Shown here piece after piece: positions 9,918-19,413 of a DNA stretch of 64,000 nucleotides (within the stretch, counting starts at the first letter, position 1; every line of letters starts with the position of its first letter). The notes below the pieces were generated by a model. The model worked only from the letters and a program-made list of their open reading frames with translations. It was not told the origin of the DNA and made no database searches. Made by a program: the position numbers and the translations under genes. Source of the DNA: Devosiaceae bacterium (GTDB lineage: Bacteria; Pseudomonadota; Alphaproteobacteria; Rhizobiales; Devosiaceae); assembly GCA_036563245.1 (NCBI GenBank), contig DATCMU010000009.1, positions 15,093 to 79,092 of the forward strand, written 5' to 3'.

Positions 9918-11381
9918 CTATCCTTCCAGCGCGACGCGGACCGTCTCGTGGTCCGAGAAGTGCAGCCGGGTTTCGCCGACGATCTGGTAGTCCTCGTGCC
10001 CCTTGCCCGCGACCAGCACGACGTCGCCCTGCCGGGCGCCAGCCACGGCTGCGCGGATCGCTTCGGCCCGGTCGCCGATCTCTTCGGCGCCGGGGGCTTC
10101 GGCGAGAATCTCGCGCCGGATCGTCGCGGCATCCTCGGAGCGCGGGTTGTCGTCGGTCACGATCACCCTGTCCGCCAGATCGGATGCGATTGCCCCCATC
10201 AATGGACGCTTGCCCTTGTCGCGGTCGCCGCCGCAACCAAACACCACCGTTACCTTGCTGCGCGCGAACGGGCGCAGGGCCTCAAGCGCCGTCTTGAGCG
10301 CATCCGGGGTGTGCGCGTAGTCGATGAAGACCGCCACGTCGCCCTTTCGGCCGGCAAGTTCGAGCCGCCCCTTGGCGCCCTTGAGGTGTTCGAGCGCCGC
10401 GACGGCGCGCTCTTGCGGTGCGCCGCCGGCGATCGCCAGCGCCACCGCGACCAGGGCGTTCGACACCTGGAACTGTCCGGCGAGCGGCAGGTGAAAATCC
10501 ATCGGTTCGCCGACAAGGCGGCCGCGCACCCGTTGTCCCAGCGCCTCGCTGGTGACCTCGTCGACGGAAATGAATGCGCCCTCGCTGCCCACGGTCAACA
10601 GCGTTGCGCCGCGTTCGAGCGCGGCGAACATGAAGGGCAGGTGTTCGGGATCGTCGGTATTGACCACCGCCGCGCCGCCATCGGCCAGAAGGTCGCGGAA
10701 CAGGCGCAGTTTTGCCTCACGGTAATTGTCGAACGTCTCGTGATAGTCGAGATGATCGCGGGTCAGATTGGTGAACCCGACCGCCTTGAATGCCAGTCCG
10801 TCGAGCCGTCGCTGGTCGAGCCCGTGGCTCGACGCCTCCATGGCCACGTGATCGATGCCGTCGGCCTTGAGCGCCGCGAGCTGGTGGGCGAGGGTCAGCG
10901 AATCCGGGGTCGTCAGCGAACCGCCCTCGATCCTGTGCCCCGTATCGACGCCGAGCGTGCCAAGGCTTGCCGACGCGATACCACAATGGTTCCAAATCTG
11001 GCGCACGAAGGAAACGACCGAGGTCTTGCCGTTTGTGCCGGTGACGCCGACCAGCGTTGACGGCAAGGCGCCCACGCTGCGCGCCGCCGCCTTTGCGAAA
11101 GCCGCGCGCACATCGGGCACGACGATCACGGGCACACCCGGATCCTTGTCGGGCCGCGTGTCGGTGACCAGCATGGCCGCCCCTCGCGCGACGGCATCGT
11201 CGACGAAGCGATTGCCGTGCACATGCACGCCCGGCAGGGCGAAGAAGGCATCGCCCCTGCGCACCGCCCGGCTGTCCGCGCACACGCCCGTTACGCTCAG
11301 CGCTGCGTCGGAATGCTGTTGCAAGGCCCCGTCCAGAAGCGAATCCACGCGAAAAGGCAAGGAATGCGTTTCCTCCATCAT
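9918..11381 (-). CDS. murE: UDP-N-acetylmuramoyl-L-alanyl-D-glutamate--2,6-diaminopimelate ligase
   Basis: Mur ligase (VTGTNGKTS P-loop) with a DNPR motif (VTDDNPRSED) consistent with meso-DAP-adding MurE. I chose the start at MMEETH (ATG 11379-11381), just downstream of the ftsI stop. Confidence 0.92.
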   Translation of the reverse strand: MMEETHSLPFRVDSLLDGALQQHSDAALSVTGVCADSRAVRRGDAFFALPGVHVHGNRFVDDAVARGAAMLVTDTRPDKDPGVPVIVVPDVRAAFAKAAARSVGALPSTLVGVTGTNGKTSVVSFVRQIWNHCGIASASLGTLGVDTGHRIEGGSLTTPDSLTLAHQLAALKADGIDHVAMEASSHGLDQRRLDGLAFKAVGFTNLTRDHLDYHETFDNYREAKLRLFRDLLADGGAAVVNTDDPEHLPFMFAALERGATLLTVGSEGAFISVDEVTSEALGQRVRGRLVGEPMDFHLPLAGQFQVSNALVAVALAIAGGAPQERAVAALEHLKGAKGRLELAGRKGDVAVFIDYAHTPDALKTALEALRPFARSKVTVVFGCGGDRDKGKRPLMGAIASDLADRVIVTDDNPRSEDAATIRREILAEAPGAEEIGDRAEAIRAAVAGARQGDVVLVAGKGHEDYQIVGETRLHFSDHETVRVALEG

Positions 11382-11385
11382 GTCC

Positions 11386-13095
11386 TCAACGCAATTCCGG
11401 CGGCACCAGTTCACTGTCGAGCGCGGGATCGAGATTCGGCGCGATCCCGAGCATGGGCGCGACGCGCGCGATGATGCGTCCGGTCACTTCGCCCGCGTTC
11501 CAGCCGGCCGTGTCGCCGGAATGATCGTTTTCGCGCTTGGGCTCGTCCACCAGGATGACCATTGCATATTTGGGCGCTTCCATGGGGAACGCTGATGCGA
11601 ACACATTGCGGTTTTTATTGGCCGCATAACGGCCGTTCTCGACCTTTTCCGCCGTGCCGGTCTTGCCACCCATGCGATAGCCCCTGGCCAGCTTGTCGCC
11701 CAGCGACCCAGAGCCGTCGGTGGCGTTGAGACGCATCAGGTAGCGCATGCGTTCGCTGGTCGCTTCGGAAACCACGGGATGGGAGACCGCCAGCGCCTGC
11801 TGCGGGGTGCGTTCGAACAGCGTGGCGGGAATGAAGGTGCCGCCATTGACCAGCGCCGAAATCGCCACCGCCATCTGCATCGGGGTCACCGAAATGCCGT
11901 GCCCGAACGCCGCGGTCGCCGCGGTCACGTCCGAGAAGGTCTGGGGAATGTTCGATTCGGTACGTTCGGGCAGTTCGATCTGCGGCGCCCCATCGAAACC
12001 CATCTTGTGCAGGAAGGCCCGATAGGCCTCCTTGCCATAGGCCTGCATGATGTGGATCGCGCCCACGTTCGAGGAATACTTGTACACCTCGGGCACGGTC
12101 AGGATGCGGTGCTTGCCATGAAAGTCGGTGATGGTATAGCGGCCGAACTTCACGCCGAACCGGGCGTCGAAACTGTCGGTGAGCTTCACCTTGCCGCTTT
12201 CAAGCGCCCCCGCGATGGTCATGGTCTTGAACACGGACCCAAGCTCGAACTTGCCCGCGGTAATGGCGTTGAGGCGCCCCGCCTTGAGCGCGGTCGCCGG
12301 CTCGTTTGGATCGAAGTCTGGCAGCGAAACCAGCGCCAGGACCTCGCCGGTATGCACGTCGAGCATCACCCCGGAGGCGGCAATCGCCTTGTAGCGGGTC
12401 AGCGCGTCCTCGAGCTGGTCGCGCATGACGTTCTGCACCCGCATGTCGATGGACAGGTTGACCGGCTCCAGCGCCCGCCCGCGCGCCAGGCCCACCGCCT
12501 GCAACACGCCAACGTCCTCGCTGTCCATGTATTTCTCGATGCCGGCAATGCCCTGGTTGTCGACATTGACCGAGCCCAGCACGTGCGAGGCCGTTGGGCC
12601 GCCGGGATAGAACCGCTTGCTCTCGGTAATGAAGTCGATGCCCGGAATCCCCAGATGCAGGATCTTCTCCTCCATCGCCGGCGACAATTCGCGCTTGATC
12701 CACACGAAACCCTTGTCGCCGGTCAGCTTGTTGCGCAGCCACTGGCGATCGAGATCCGGCATCACGCTGGTCAGCTTCTCGACGGCCTCGTCAACATCGA
12801 TGATGCGGCGCGGCTCGGCGTAAAGGGACGGCACCTTGATATCGACCGCCATTTCCAGCCCGTTCCGGTCGAGGATCGGCGGACGGGTCGCGGTCAGCGC
12901 CGCCCGGCTCTGGCCTTCGATGGTGGTGTCGACAGTCTCGTTGCCCAGCTGGATCAGCCGGCCCGCGACCACCCCGAACACCGCCAGCAGCAGGACGATG
13001 GAGACGCGGATGCGCGACTGGGTCATGTTGCCCCGCGCCTTGCGCGCGCCATCCAGCGCAATGGTGTCGTTGCCGCCCAGGCTCGCCATGGCCAT
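11386..13095 (-). CDS. ftsI: penicillin-binding protein 3 / peptidoglycan D,D-transpeptidase FtsI
   Basis: 569 aa. It has an N-terminal TM segment, a dimerisation domain and a transpeptidase domain (SVFK, SSN and KTGT-type motifs: LGSVFKTMT, YSSNVG, GGKTGTAEK). Confidence 0.93.
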   Translation of the reverse strand: MAMASLGGNDTIALDGARKARGNMTQSRIRVSIVLLLAVFGVVAGRLIQLGNETVDTTIEGQSRAALTATRPPILDRNGLEMAVDIKVPSLYAEPRRIIDVDEAVEKLTSVMPDLDRQWLRNKLTGDKGFVWIKRELSPAMEEKILHLGIPGIDFITESKRFYPGGPTASHVLGSVNVDNQGIAGIEKYMDSEDVGVLQAVGLARGRALEPVNLSIDMRVQNVMRDQLEDALTRYKAIAASGVMLDVHTGEVLALVSLPDFDPNEPATALKAGRLNAITAGKFELGSVFKTMTIAGALESGKVKLTDSFDARFGVKFGRYTITDFHGKHRILTVPEVYKYSSNVGAIHIMQAYGKEAYRAFLHKMGFDGAPQIELPERTESNIPQTFSDVTAATAAFGHGISVTPMQMAVAISALVNGGTFIPATLFERTPQQALAVSHPVVSEATSERMRYLMRLNATDGSGSLGDKLARGYRMGGKTGTAEKVENGRYAANKNRNVFASAFPMEAPKYAMVILVDEPKRENDHSGDTAGWNAGEVTGRIIARVAPMLGIAPNLDPALDSELVPPELR

Positions 13096-13097
13096 GT

Positions 13098-13475
13098 CTA
13101 TTGCCCTTCGATCTTGCCGCCGGCGGGGTCGATGCCGGCATCGAGCGATTTGATCAGGTCGGTAAGCGCGGCGCTGTCCGGTTCAGATACCGGCCGCATC
13201 GGCAAATCCTCGAATTTGGCAAACTGCTTCTCGTCGGCCACCGCGAGCTTGAGTTCGTCGGCATGGCGCTCGACGATGGGCTCGATCTGGCTTGGCTGGT
13301 TGAGATAGGCCCAGTCGGCCTTGACCACCGAAAGCGTCGCCTGCTGGTGCTCGATCCTGCTTTCGAGCTCCGCCTTGCGGGTCGCCGTCTCCTCGACGCG
13401 ATATTTCAGCCCGTAGACGCCCACCAGCGCCACAAGGCTGGTGACCGCCAGAACGATGTTGAGGCCCCGGATCAT
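13098..13475 (-). CDS. ftsL: cell division protein FtsL (alphaproteobacterial type)
   Basis: 125 aa with one N-terminal TM segment followed by a coiled-coil-like region. It lies between rsmH and ftsI, with a 4-nt overlap with the rsmH stop. Confidence 0.75.
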   Translation of the reverse strand: MIRGLNIVLAVTSLVALVGVYGLKYRVEETATRKAELESRIEHQQATLSVVKADWAYLNQPSQIEPIVERHADELKLAVADEKQFAKFEDLPMRPVSEPDSAALTDLIKSLDAGIDPAGGKIEGQ

Positions 13476-14482
13476 GCCGCCCCCCGCCGCAAGGAGAAGG
13501 GAATGCCAAGCCCCGAAAGGCTGAACGGGCGCGCTGTTGCGTCCGTGCGCCGTGCGCTGCGCAGCGTCGCCGAACGGGCGCGAGGATTGCGCGAAAGTTC
13601 GCCGGCCCCGGCCCGCACAGGCTTGGCGACCGGGGACCAGCGCGGCGCTGTGGCCTCCTGCATGGGCATGTGGCGCGATTTCGGCCCGCTGGCTGCCACC
13701 CCCGAAAGGAAGCGCTTCACGATCCTGTCCTCCAGCGAATGGAAGGTGACGACCGCCAGCCGCCCGCCCTCGCCAAGCAGCCGCTCGGCGGCGAACAGGC
13801 CTTCGGCCAGTTCGTCGAGTTCGGCGTTGACCGCGATCCTGAGCGCCTGGAAGCTGCGGGTCGCGGGGTGGATATCCCCCGGCTTGCGCCCGATGGCCTT
13901 CTCGATGATTGACGCCAGCCGGCTCGTCGTCGAGATGGGGTCGGAGGCACGTTCGGAAATGATAGCCTGGGCGATGCGGCGCGACTTGCGTTCTTCACCC
14001 AGCGCAAAAAGAAGATCGGCCAAAGCCTTCTCGTCCAATGTGTTCACAAGATCGGCAGCGCTGGTGCCCTCGCCGCTCATGCGCATGTCGAGTGGCCCTT
14101 CGCGCAGGAACGAGAACCCGCGTCCCGCCTCGTCGAGCTGCATGGAGCTGACCCCGATGTCGAGCACGATGGCATCGACCGGGCGCGGCATTTGCCCGGC
14201 AAAGGTTTCGAGTTCGGAAAAGCGCCCGGCAAAGAAGGTGAAGCGGTCGCCGAAATCCGCGCTCAGCGCCGCCACGTGCGGCGCGACATTCGGGTCGCGG
14301 TCGATGGCGAGTACCGATGCCCCGGTCTCAAGCAGTGCGCGGCTATACCCGCCGGCCCCGAAGGTGCCGTCGAGCACGAGCATGCCTTCAAGCGGGCGCA
14401 GGGCATCGAGGACTTCCTCGAGCAGCACCGGAAGGTGGGGCATGGACTGCTGGCTGGGTCCGGACCCGTGGGCTTGGGTCAT
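13472..14482 (-). CDS. rsmH: 16S rRNA (cytosine1402-N4)-methyltransferase
   Basis: 336 aa. HLPVLLEEVLDAL...DGTFGAGGYSRALLE...DIGVSSMQLD...FHSLEDRIVK are classic RsmH/MraW motifs. Confidence 0.95.
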   Translation of the reverse strand: MTQAHGSGPSQQSMPHLPVLLEEVLDALRPLEGMLVLDGTFGAGGYSRALLETGASVLAIDRDPNVAPHVAALSADFGDRFTFFAGRFSELETFAGQMPRPVDAIVLDIGVSSMQLDEAGRGFSFLREGPLDMRMSGEGTSAADLVNTLDEKALADLLFALGEERKSRRIAQAIISERASDPISTTSRLASIIEKAIGRKPGDIHPATRSFQALRIAVNAELDELAEGLFAAERLLGEGGRLAVVTFHSLEDRIVKRFLSGVAASGPKSRHMPMQEATAPRWSPVAKPVRAGAGELSRNPRARSATLRSARRTDATARPFSLSGLGIPFSLRRGAA

Positions 14483-14621
14483 GATCGAAGGCTACTCCAC
14501 TCCGGCGGCAATCTGCCGGTACGCTTCGCCCCTGTTCGAGGGCGCTTCGGTCACTTTGCGCAACAGGTTTTAAGATTCTGTTTCCCAAACCCGGCGGCTG
14601 CCGACAAACCGTCGATGCCCG

Positions 14622-15599
14622 TTACGGCGCAGGCGGAGAAAGGGTCACCACCACGCTGCCCGACTTGTGGCCACCGTCGACCCGGCGGTGCGCCGCCGCG
14701 ATCTGATCGAATGCATAGGTGCTATCAATTACTGGCCTGAGGTCGCCGCTTTCGACCAGCGAAACCAGGCGACGGAAATTCTTACCAGAGAAAACCTCGT
14801 CATTTTCAGAGGCGCCGACGATCTGCGTGTGGAAAGCAGCACCAAGCATTTCAAGAAGGGTACCGATCACCATCAGGTATCGCCCACCCGGCTTGAGCAT
14901 GTGCTTGACGCACCGAAAGGGGGCATTGCCGTGGGTATCCATGATCAGGTCGAACTTCTGGCCGCTCCGCATGAAGTTTTCTTTTCTATAGTCGATCACC
15001 TCGTCGGCACCGAGGGATCGCACCAAGTCGGCGTTCCTTGCGCTGCACACGCCGGTCACTTTCGCTCCCATCTGCCGGGCAATCTGCACCGACGCGACGC
15101 CGACCGCACCTGACGCGCCATTGATCAGGATGCTTTCCCCGGCCTTGAGCTTGCCGCGCGAGAAGAAATTCAGCGCCGTCAGACCGCCGAAACAGATCGA
15201 TACGATCTCTTCGTAGCCGACGCTTTCAGGAATGCGCGCGATAGGGCCATTGGCGGGAACGCAGAAATATTCCGCGTGGCAACCGAACTCGAATCCCCTG
15301 GAGGCCAGAACGCGATCTCCCACCGCGAAATCCTTCACCCCCTCGCCTGTCGCCGCCACGTCGCCTGCAGCGTCGAACCCGAAAACTGGCTGCTTGAGGC
15401 GCGTGAACCCCAGCGCAAATCGCGTGAGCAGGGACAGACCCGCCGGCACGTCGAGCGCACGCATGCGGCAATCGCCGGAATTGACCGTCGTCGCATGCAC
15501 CCGCACCAGCACATCTTGCGGCCCGGGGACTGGGGTCGGCACCTCGCCGATCCGCACCGCTTCCGGTGGACCGTAGCGTTCGCAAATCGCAGCCTTCAT
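14622..15599 (-). CDS. NAD(P)H-dependent quinone oxidoreductase / zinc-type alcohol dehydrogenase-like (MDR superfamily)
   Basis: [43 protein letters not shown]..., and [23 protein letters not shown] is a Rossmann motif. The ATG at 15597-15599 forms an ATGA overlap with the upstream HTH gene's stop. Confidence 0.85.
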   Translation of the reverse strand: MKAAICERYGPPEAVRIGEVPTPVPGPQDVLVRVHATTVNSGDCRMRALDVPAGLSLLTRFALGFTRLKQPVFGFDAAGDVAATGEGVKDFAVGDRVLASRGFEFGCHAEYFCVPANGPIARIPESVGYEEIVSICFGGLTALNFFSRGKLKAGESILINGASGAVGVASVQIARQMGAKVTGVCSARNADLVRSLGADEVIDYRKENFMRSGQKFDLIMDTHGNAPFRCVKHMLKPGGRYLMVIGTLLEMLGAAFHTQIVGASENDEVFSGKNFRRLVSLVESGDLRPVIDSTYAFDQIAAAHRRVDGGHKSGSVVVTLSPPAP

Positions 15600-15841
15600 T
15601 TGGCGTCTCCCTGCTGCCCCTCGCCGGCGCTCCATCCGAAGACATGCTCAATGCCAACACCGAATGCATCGGCAATGCGGAAGGCGACCTCGAGCGAGGG
15701 AGAATAGCGTCCCTGTTCAATTGCAACGATAGTCTGCCGGCTGACGCCCACCTTGTCCGCCAACGCTGCCTGCGTCATCTCGCCGGCATCGAACCTGAGC
15801 CGACGGATAACATTGGTGATTTGCGGCCTGCCCTTGCCCAT
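15596..15841 (-). CDS. XRE-family (Cro/C1-type) helix-turn-helix transcriptional regulator
   Basis: 81 aa. The HTH_3-like core is [40 protein letters not shown]. Confidence 0.85.
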   Translation of the reverse strand: MGKGRPQITNVIRRLRFDAGEMTQAALADKVGVSRQTIVAIEQGRYSPSLEVAFRIADAFGVGIEHVFGWSAGEGQQGDAK

Positions 15842-15844
15842 CGC

Positions 15845-16276
15845 TCAGCCAAGCCTGCGATAGGTCAGTTGCGAAACCGTCTCGGCAATACCGCCCAGCA
15901 GCATTGCGCTGAACACCCCGTAGACCGCAACAACCGGTATCGCCCCCAACGCGAGCGCAATCAGCGTTCCGGCGATCCCCATTGAAAGCGCCACGTAGGC
16001 ATTGCGCGACGACCGCGCATTGATCAGCCGGTCGCGCTCGTCAGTCCGCCCGTCCGGCATTTCGCCGCGCCTGACGATAGACACCAGAACGGCACCCAGG
16101 ATCGTCGTCGCTATGGTGATAACGGCCATGGCCAGCACAGCCCACAGCACCCTGGCAGCGGCGTCCGACACCGTTTCTCCCGCCACCTGCCCGCTCAGGG
16201 CCGCCCCGAAGAACCAGATTCCGATGGCGATCTGGACCAGCAGTCCGCAGATCGCACTGACCTCGCGCATCGACAT
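15845..16276 (-). CDS. small polytopic membrane protein (DUF2178-like partner of the XRE regulator)
   Basis: 143 aa with four predicted hydrophobic helices. It is the first gene of a three-gene operon with the HTH regulator. The family assignment is from memory only. Confidence 0.6.
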   Translation of the reverse strand: MSMREVSAICGLLVQIAIGIWFFGAALSGQVAGETVSDAAARVLWAVLAMAVITIATTILGAVLVSIVRRGEMPDGRTDERDRLINARSSRNAYVALSMGIAGTLIALALGAIPVVAVYGVFSAMLLGGIAETVSQLTYRRLG

Positions 16277-16329
16277 GGCACCCTCCCTGCTTCGATTGAC
16301 GAATGGCTATGTAAATTCAACACGACATA

Positions 16330-16349
16330 ATGTCAATTTCTTTTGACAT
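16330..16349. promoter_or_regulatory. 7-6-7 perfect inverted repeat ATGTCAA-N6-TTGACAT, candidate operator of the XRE regulator
   Basis: Read directly from the sequence. It lies 54-73 bp upstream of the first gene (start 16276) of the membrane/HTH/oxidoreductase operon, in a locally AT-rich stretch. Confidence 0.5.
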
Positions 16350-16421
16350 AGTGACCAAAAAACTTGACCCGTAGCAGGGAAACGCCGGATTCTCGTGACT
16401 TCGTGGATTTCAGTTGTGGAC

Positions 16422-16461
16422 AAAATGGCGCCGCCGGCCCCCTCATCGGGAACCGGCGGCG
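16422..16461 (-). terminator. Rho-independent terminator of rnpB
   Basis: A 9-bp perfect GC stem (CGCCGCCGG at 16429-16437 paired with 16453-16461) with a 15-nt loop. On the minus strand it is followed by CCATTTTG, immediately 3' of the RNase P RNA. Confidence 0.65.
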
Positions 16462-16465
16462 TGAA

Positions 16466-16851
16466 ACTTGCCAGCCGACCTGTAAGCCGGGTTCTGTAAG
16501 GCCGAGGACCGGAGCCCTCGACGCGGTGATCATTCATCTGGGACGCCTGTTGCCAGGCGCCTCGTGCAACCAACCCGGACGACTGGCCCGGAAACGGGGC
16601 TGGGAGTTGCCTCCCGCGTCGTCCCTATTCGGTCTTGCTCCCGGTGGGGTTTGCCGTGCGGTCCCTGTTGCCAGGGGCCCGGTGCGCTCTTGCCGCACCC
16701 TTTCACCCTTGCCGCGCGGGGCGCGGCGGTTTGCTTTCTGTGGCACTTTCCCTGGGGTCGCCCCCGCCGGGCGTTACCCGGCACCGTGTTTCCTTGGAGC
16801 CCGGACTTTCCTCCCCGCATTGCGGAGCGATCACCCGGTCGACTGGCCGGC
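16466..16851 (-). ncRNA. rnpB: RNase P RNA, bacterial type A (ends +/- 5 nt)
   Basis: The minus strand reads GCCAGUCGACC...GGGGAGGAAAGUCCGGGCUCC...GGUAACGCC...AGAAAGCAAACCGCC...GGGUGAAAGGGUGCGG...ACAGAACCCGGCUUACAGGUCGGCUGGC. This includes the universal GGAAAGUCCGG and ACAGAACCCGGCUUA blocks and P1 pairing between the 5' and 3' ends. Confidence 0.93.
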
Positions 16852-16901
16852 CCACATATGGGCACCCTCCCCGGCCCGTCAAGCGGGCAGGTCAAACCGG
16901 C

Positions 16902-17603
16902 TCAGAGTCGGCGCGCTTTGGCGATGCTCTCATAGGCCGAATTGATCGCGGCGAGCCGGGCGGTCGCCACCCCGATGAATTCCTCCGGCACGCCCTTGGC
17001 GATCAGCCGGTCGGGATGGTGCTCGCTCACCAGCGTGCGATAGACCCTTCTGACCTCGGCATCGCTGGCCGAAGGGTCGAGGCCGAGCACAAGGTAAGGG
17101 TCCGGCCCCTCGCTCCCCACCATGTGCTGCGCGGCGATCTGGGCGAACCGCACCTCGTCGAAGCCGAAGATGGTTCCCACGTCCTCCAGGTAGCCCAGTT
17201 CGTCCTCGTGGATCATCCCGTCGGCCGCCGCGATGAAGAACAGGCCATCAAGGACGTGCTCCAGCGTTGCCGGGCTGTCGGCGAACAGCCGCGCGATCTT
17301 TCTCGCATAGGAGCGGTATCCGGCCACGTCCTGCCGCGCCAGGTCGAACAGGCGCTGCACCTGCTGCTCGGAGCCTTGCGGAATCTCGACGGTCTGGCGG
17401 AACGCCCTGATCTCGTCGGCGGTCACCACGCCATCCGCCACCGCCATCTTGGCGCTGAGTGCCACCAGCGCCAGCGTGAATGCAGCGTCCTTGCCGCCCG
17501 GCAGCCAGTTGTCCGGATCGAGCGCGGCGCCCAGCGATCCGGCAAGCCCGGTGCCTGCCGAAAAGGAGCCCACAAGTTCGCCAAGCTTCTGCCAGACTGC
17601 CAA
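16902..17603 (-). CDS. DjlA-like co-chaperone: TerB-like N-terminal domain plus C-terminal J-domain
   Basis: 233 aa. The C-terminus is DPYLVLGLDPSASDAEVRRVYRTLVSEHHPDRL with the HPD motif. The central region resembles a tellurite-resistance TerB fold (ADGVVTADEIRAF...AAADGMIHEDE). The track start is TTG. Confidence 0.8.
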   Translation of the reverse strand: MAVWQKLGELVGSFSAGTGLAGSLGAALDPDNWLPGGKDAAFTLALVALSAKMAVADGVVTADEIRAFRQTVEIPQGSEQQVQRLFDLARQDVAGYRSYARKIARLFADSPATLEHVLDGLFFIAAADGMIHEDELGYLEDVGTIFGFDEVRFAQIAAQHMVGSEGPDPYLVLGLDPSASDAEVRRVYRTLVSEHHPDRLIAKGVPEEFIGVATARLAAINSAYESIAKARRL

Positions 17604-17754
17604 ATTCTGTCCTTTTCAATCGGCTACTTAAGTATGGTGGTAAAAGCCCTGCAGCGGTCTAAGGCCATCGCACGCCGGGCATCCGGTTTCAATGCGCGGC
17701 CACCGGTGATCCGAACAGGAAACCAACCGCGTCTTTCTTGTTACGCACGCGACC

Positions 17755-18429
17755 TTAAAACAGATTGATCGGGCCGTCGGTGCCATCCTGCTGCGGCGGC
17801 GGGTTCGCCGTCGACGGCGGCTGCTGCGTGACCGGTTGACCGTCGATCGTTCCGGGCGGCAGAAGCGGCGAATCGCTGTTCGGCGCCGGCTGCAGCGGTT
17901 GAAGCGGCGGCAGATCGCTCGCGGTTGCCGGGCTCGTGCTGTCGCCACCATTGCCGAACAGGTCGATGGGATTGTCCTGGGTCGCATCCACCGCGTTCGG
18001 ATCGCCCCCCTGCAAGGCAGTGTCGGGAGCGGTCGCATCGGTCAGCGGCGGCAGGGCGTTCGGATCGGCCGCCGGCTGCTGCGTCTGGTCGAACTGATTG
18101 AACGTGCCCGTGACCGGATCCTGGGTGAGGATGCTGCCGCCGGGATCGGCGCTTGGTGCGACCAGGGCCGGCGATGTCGCATCCATCGACTGGGGCGCAA
18201 GAAGCGACGGATCGGTCGGCGTTGCCGCCTTTGCGGTCGCAGGCGGCGGGCTTGCCTGGTCCTGAGGCGCGGCTTGAGCACTGGCGTCGGAGGGCGCAGG
18301 TTCCTCGCTGGTCACCGCGACCGCCTGTTCGGGCGGCGGCAGGATGACCAGTTGAAAAAAGGCGTAGCCACCAATGGCCAGTAGCAACAGGAAAACCGCC
18401 ACCGCGCCCATGGCCCAGCGAAGTTTCAT
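17755..18429 (-). CDS. membrane-anchored proline/alanine/glutamine-rich low-complexity protein
   Basis: 224 aa. An N-terminal TM segment (AVAVFLLLLAIGGYAFF) is followed by about 190 aa of P/A/Q/D/T-rich sequence with no recognisable domain. Confidence 0.6.
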   Translation of the reverse strand: MKLRWAMGAVAVFLLLLAIGGYAFFQLVILPPPEQAVAVTSEEPAPSDASAQAAPQDQASPPPATAKAATPTDPSLLAPQSMDATSPALVAPSADPGGSILTQDPVTGTFNQFDQTQQPAADPNALPPLTDATAPDTALQGGDPNAVDATQDNPIDLFGNGGDSTSPATASDLPPLQPLQPAPNSDSPLLPPGTIDGQPVTQQPPSTANPPPQQDGTDGPINLF

Positions 18430-18498
18430 GCCAGACAGCCTTTCTTTCGCTCCACCAGGCTCAACAATACGCCCAAATTGACCGTTTTGTGATCCATC

Positions 18499-19413
18499 TC
18501 AGGCTGGGGACGACTCGCAGCGCCGGCCAAGTACCCGGGCCAGCGCCAGAACCAGATTGGAGCGGTTCATAGTATAGAAGTGGAATTCGCGCACCCCGTG
18601 ATCGACGAGTTCGGTCACCTGCTCGGCGGCAATGGCTGCCGCGACGAGGGCATGGGTCTCGGGGTCGTCCTCCAGCCCCTCGAAGCGATCCGCCACCCAT
18701 TCGGGTATCGACGCCCCGCACTTGAGGGCAAATCCCGAAACCTGCCGAAAATTGTGGATCGGCTGGATTCCCGGCACGATGGGCTTGTCGATCCCGGCCT
18801 TGCGGGCGCGCTCGACGAAACGCCAGTAGAGATCGTTGTCGAAGAACATCTGGGTGATGGCACGGTCGGCGCCGGCATCGAGCTTGCGCTTGAGGTTCGC
18901 GATGTCCGCGTCCCAGTTCGGGCTTTCGGGATGCTTTTCGGGATAGGCGGCAACCGAAATGTCGAAATCGCCGATTTGCCGGATGCCCGCCACCAGTTCG
19001 GCCGCGTCGCGATAGCCCTCCGGGTGCGGCTCGAAACGTGTCCCCACGCCCCCGGCCGGATCGCCGCGCAGGGCCACTATCCGCGTGACACCGGCCTCGA
19101 GATACCCGCGAACCACCGCGTCGACCTCGGCGCGCGACGCCCCCACGCAGGTCAGGTGCGCCGCCGCGTTCACGCCGGTTTCGCGGGTGATCCGCGACAC
19201 CAGCCGCAGCGTGCGCTCGCGCGTGGAACCGCCCGCGCCATAAGTCACGGATACGAAACGTGGGCCGAGCGGGGCCAGCCGCGCCAGCGATTCCCAGAAA
19301 CGCTCTTCCATCGCGTCGGTCTTGGGCGGGAAGAACTCGAATGAAAGATGCAGCGGTGGCCGTCGGCTCCCCGGAAGATGGCTGACCCGGGGTTCCGCAC
19401 TGGTCTGGTTCAT
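18499..19413 (-). CDS. metF: 5,10-methylenetetrahydrofolate reductase
   Basis: LSFEFFPPKT...VSVTYGAGGSTRERT...AAHLTCVG...IVALRGD are MetF motifs. I chose the start at ATG 19411-19413 (MNQTSAEP), which forms an ATGA overlap with the upstream regulator's stop. Confidence 0.92.
   Translation of the reverse strand: MNQTSAEPRVSHLPGSRRPPLHLSFEFFPPKTDAMEERFWESLARLAPLGPRFVSVTYGAGGSTRERTLRLVSRITRETGVNAAAHLTCVGASRAEVDAVVRGYLEAGVTRIVALRGDPAGGVGTRFEPHPEGYRDAAELVAGIRQIGDFDISVAAYPEKHPESPNWDADIANLKRKLDAGADRAITQMFFDNDLYWRFVERARKAGIDKPIVPGIQPIHNFRQVSGFALKCGASIPEWVADRFEGLEDDPETHALVAAAIAAEQVTELVDHGVREFHFYTMNRSNLVLALARVLGRRCESSPA

Noticed and set aside
16851-16901. A weak hairpin (GCCCG-TCAA-GCGGGC) between the DjlA-like gene and rnpB, as a possible terminator or rnpB promoter element.
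   Set aside because: The stem is only 5 bp with no T-tract, so I cannot distinguish it from chance.
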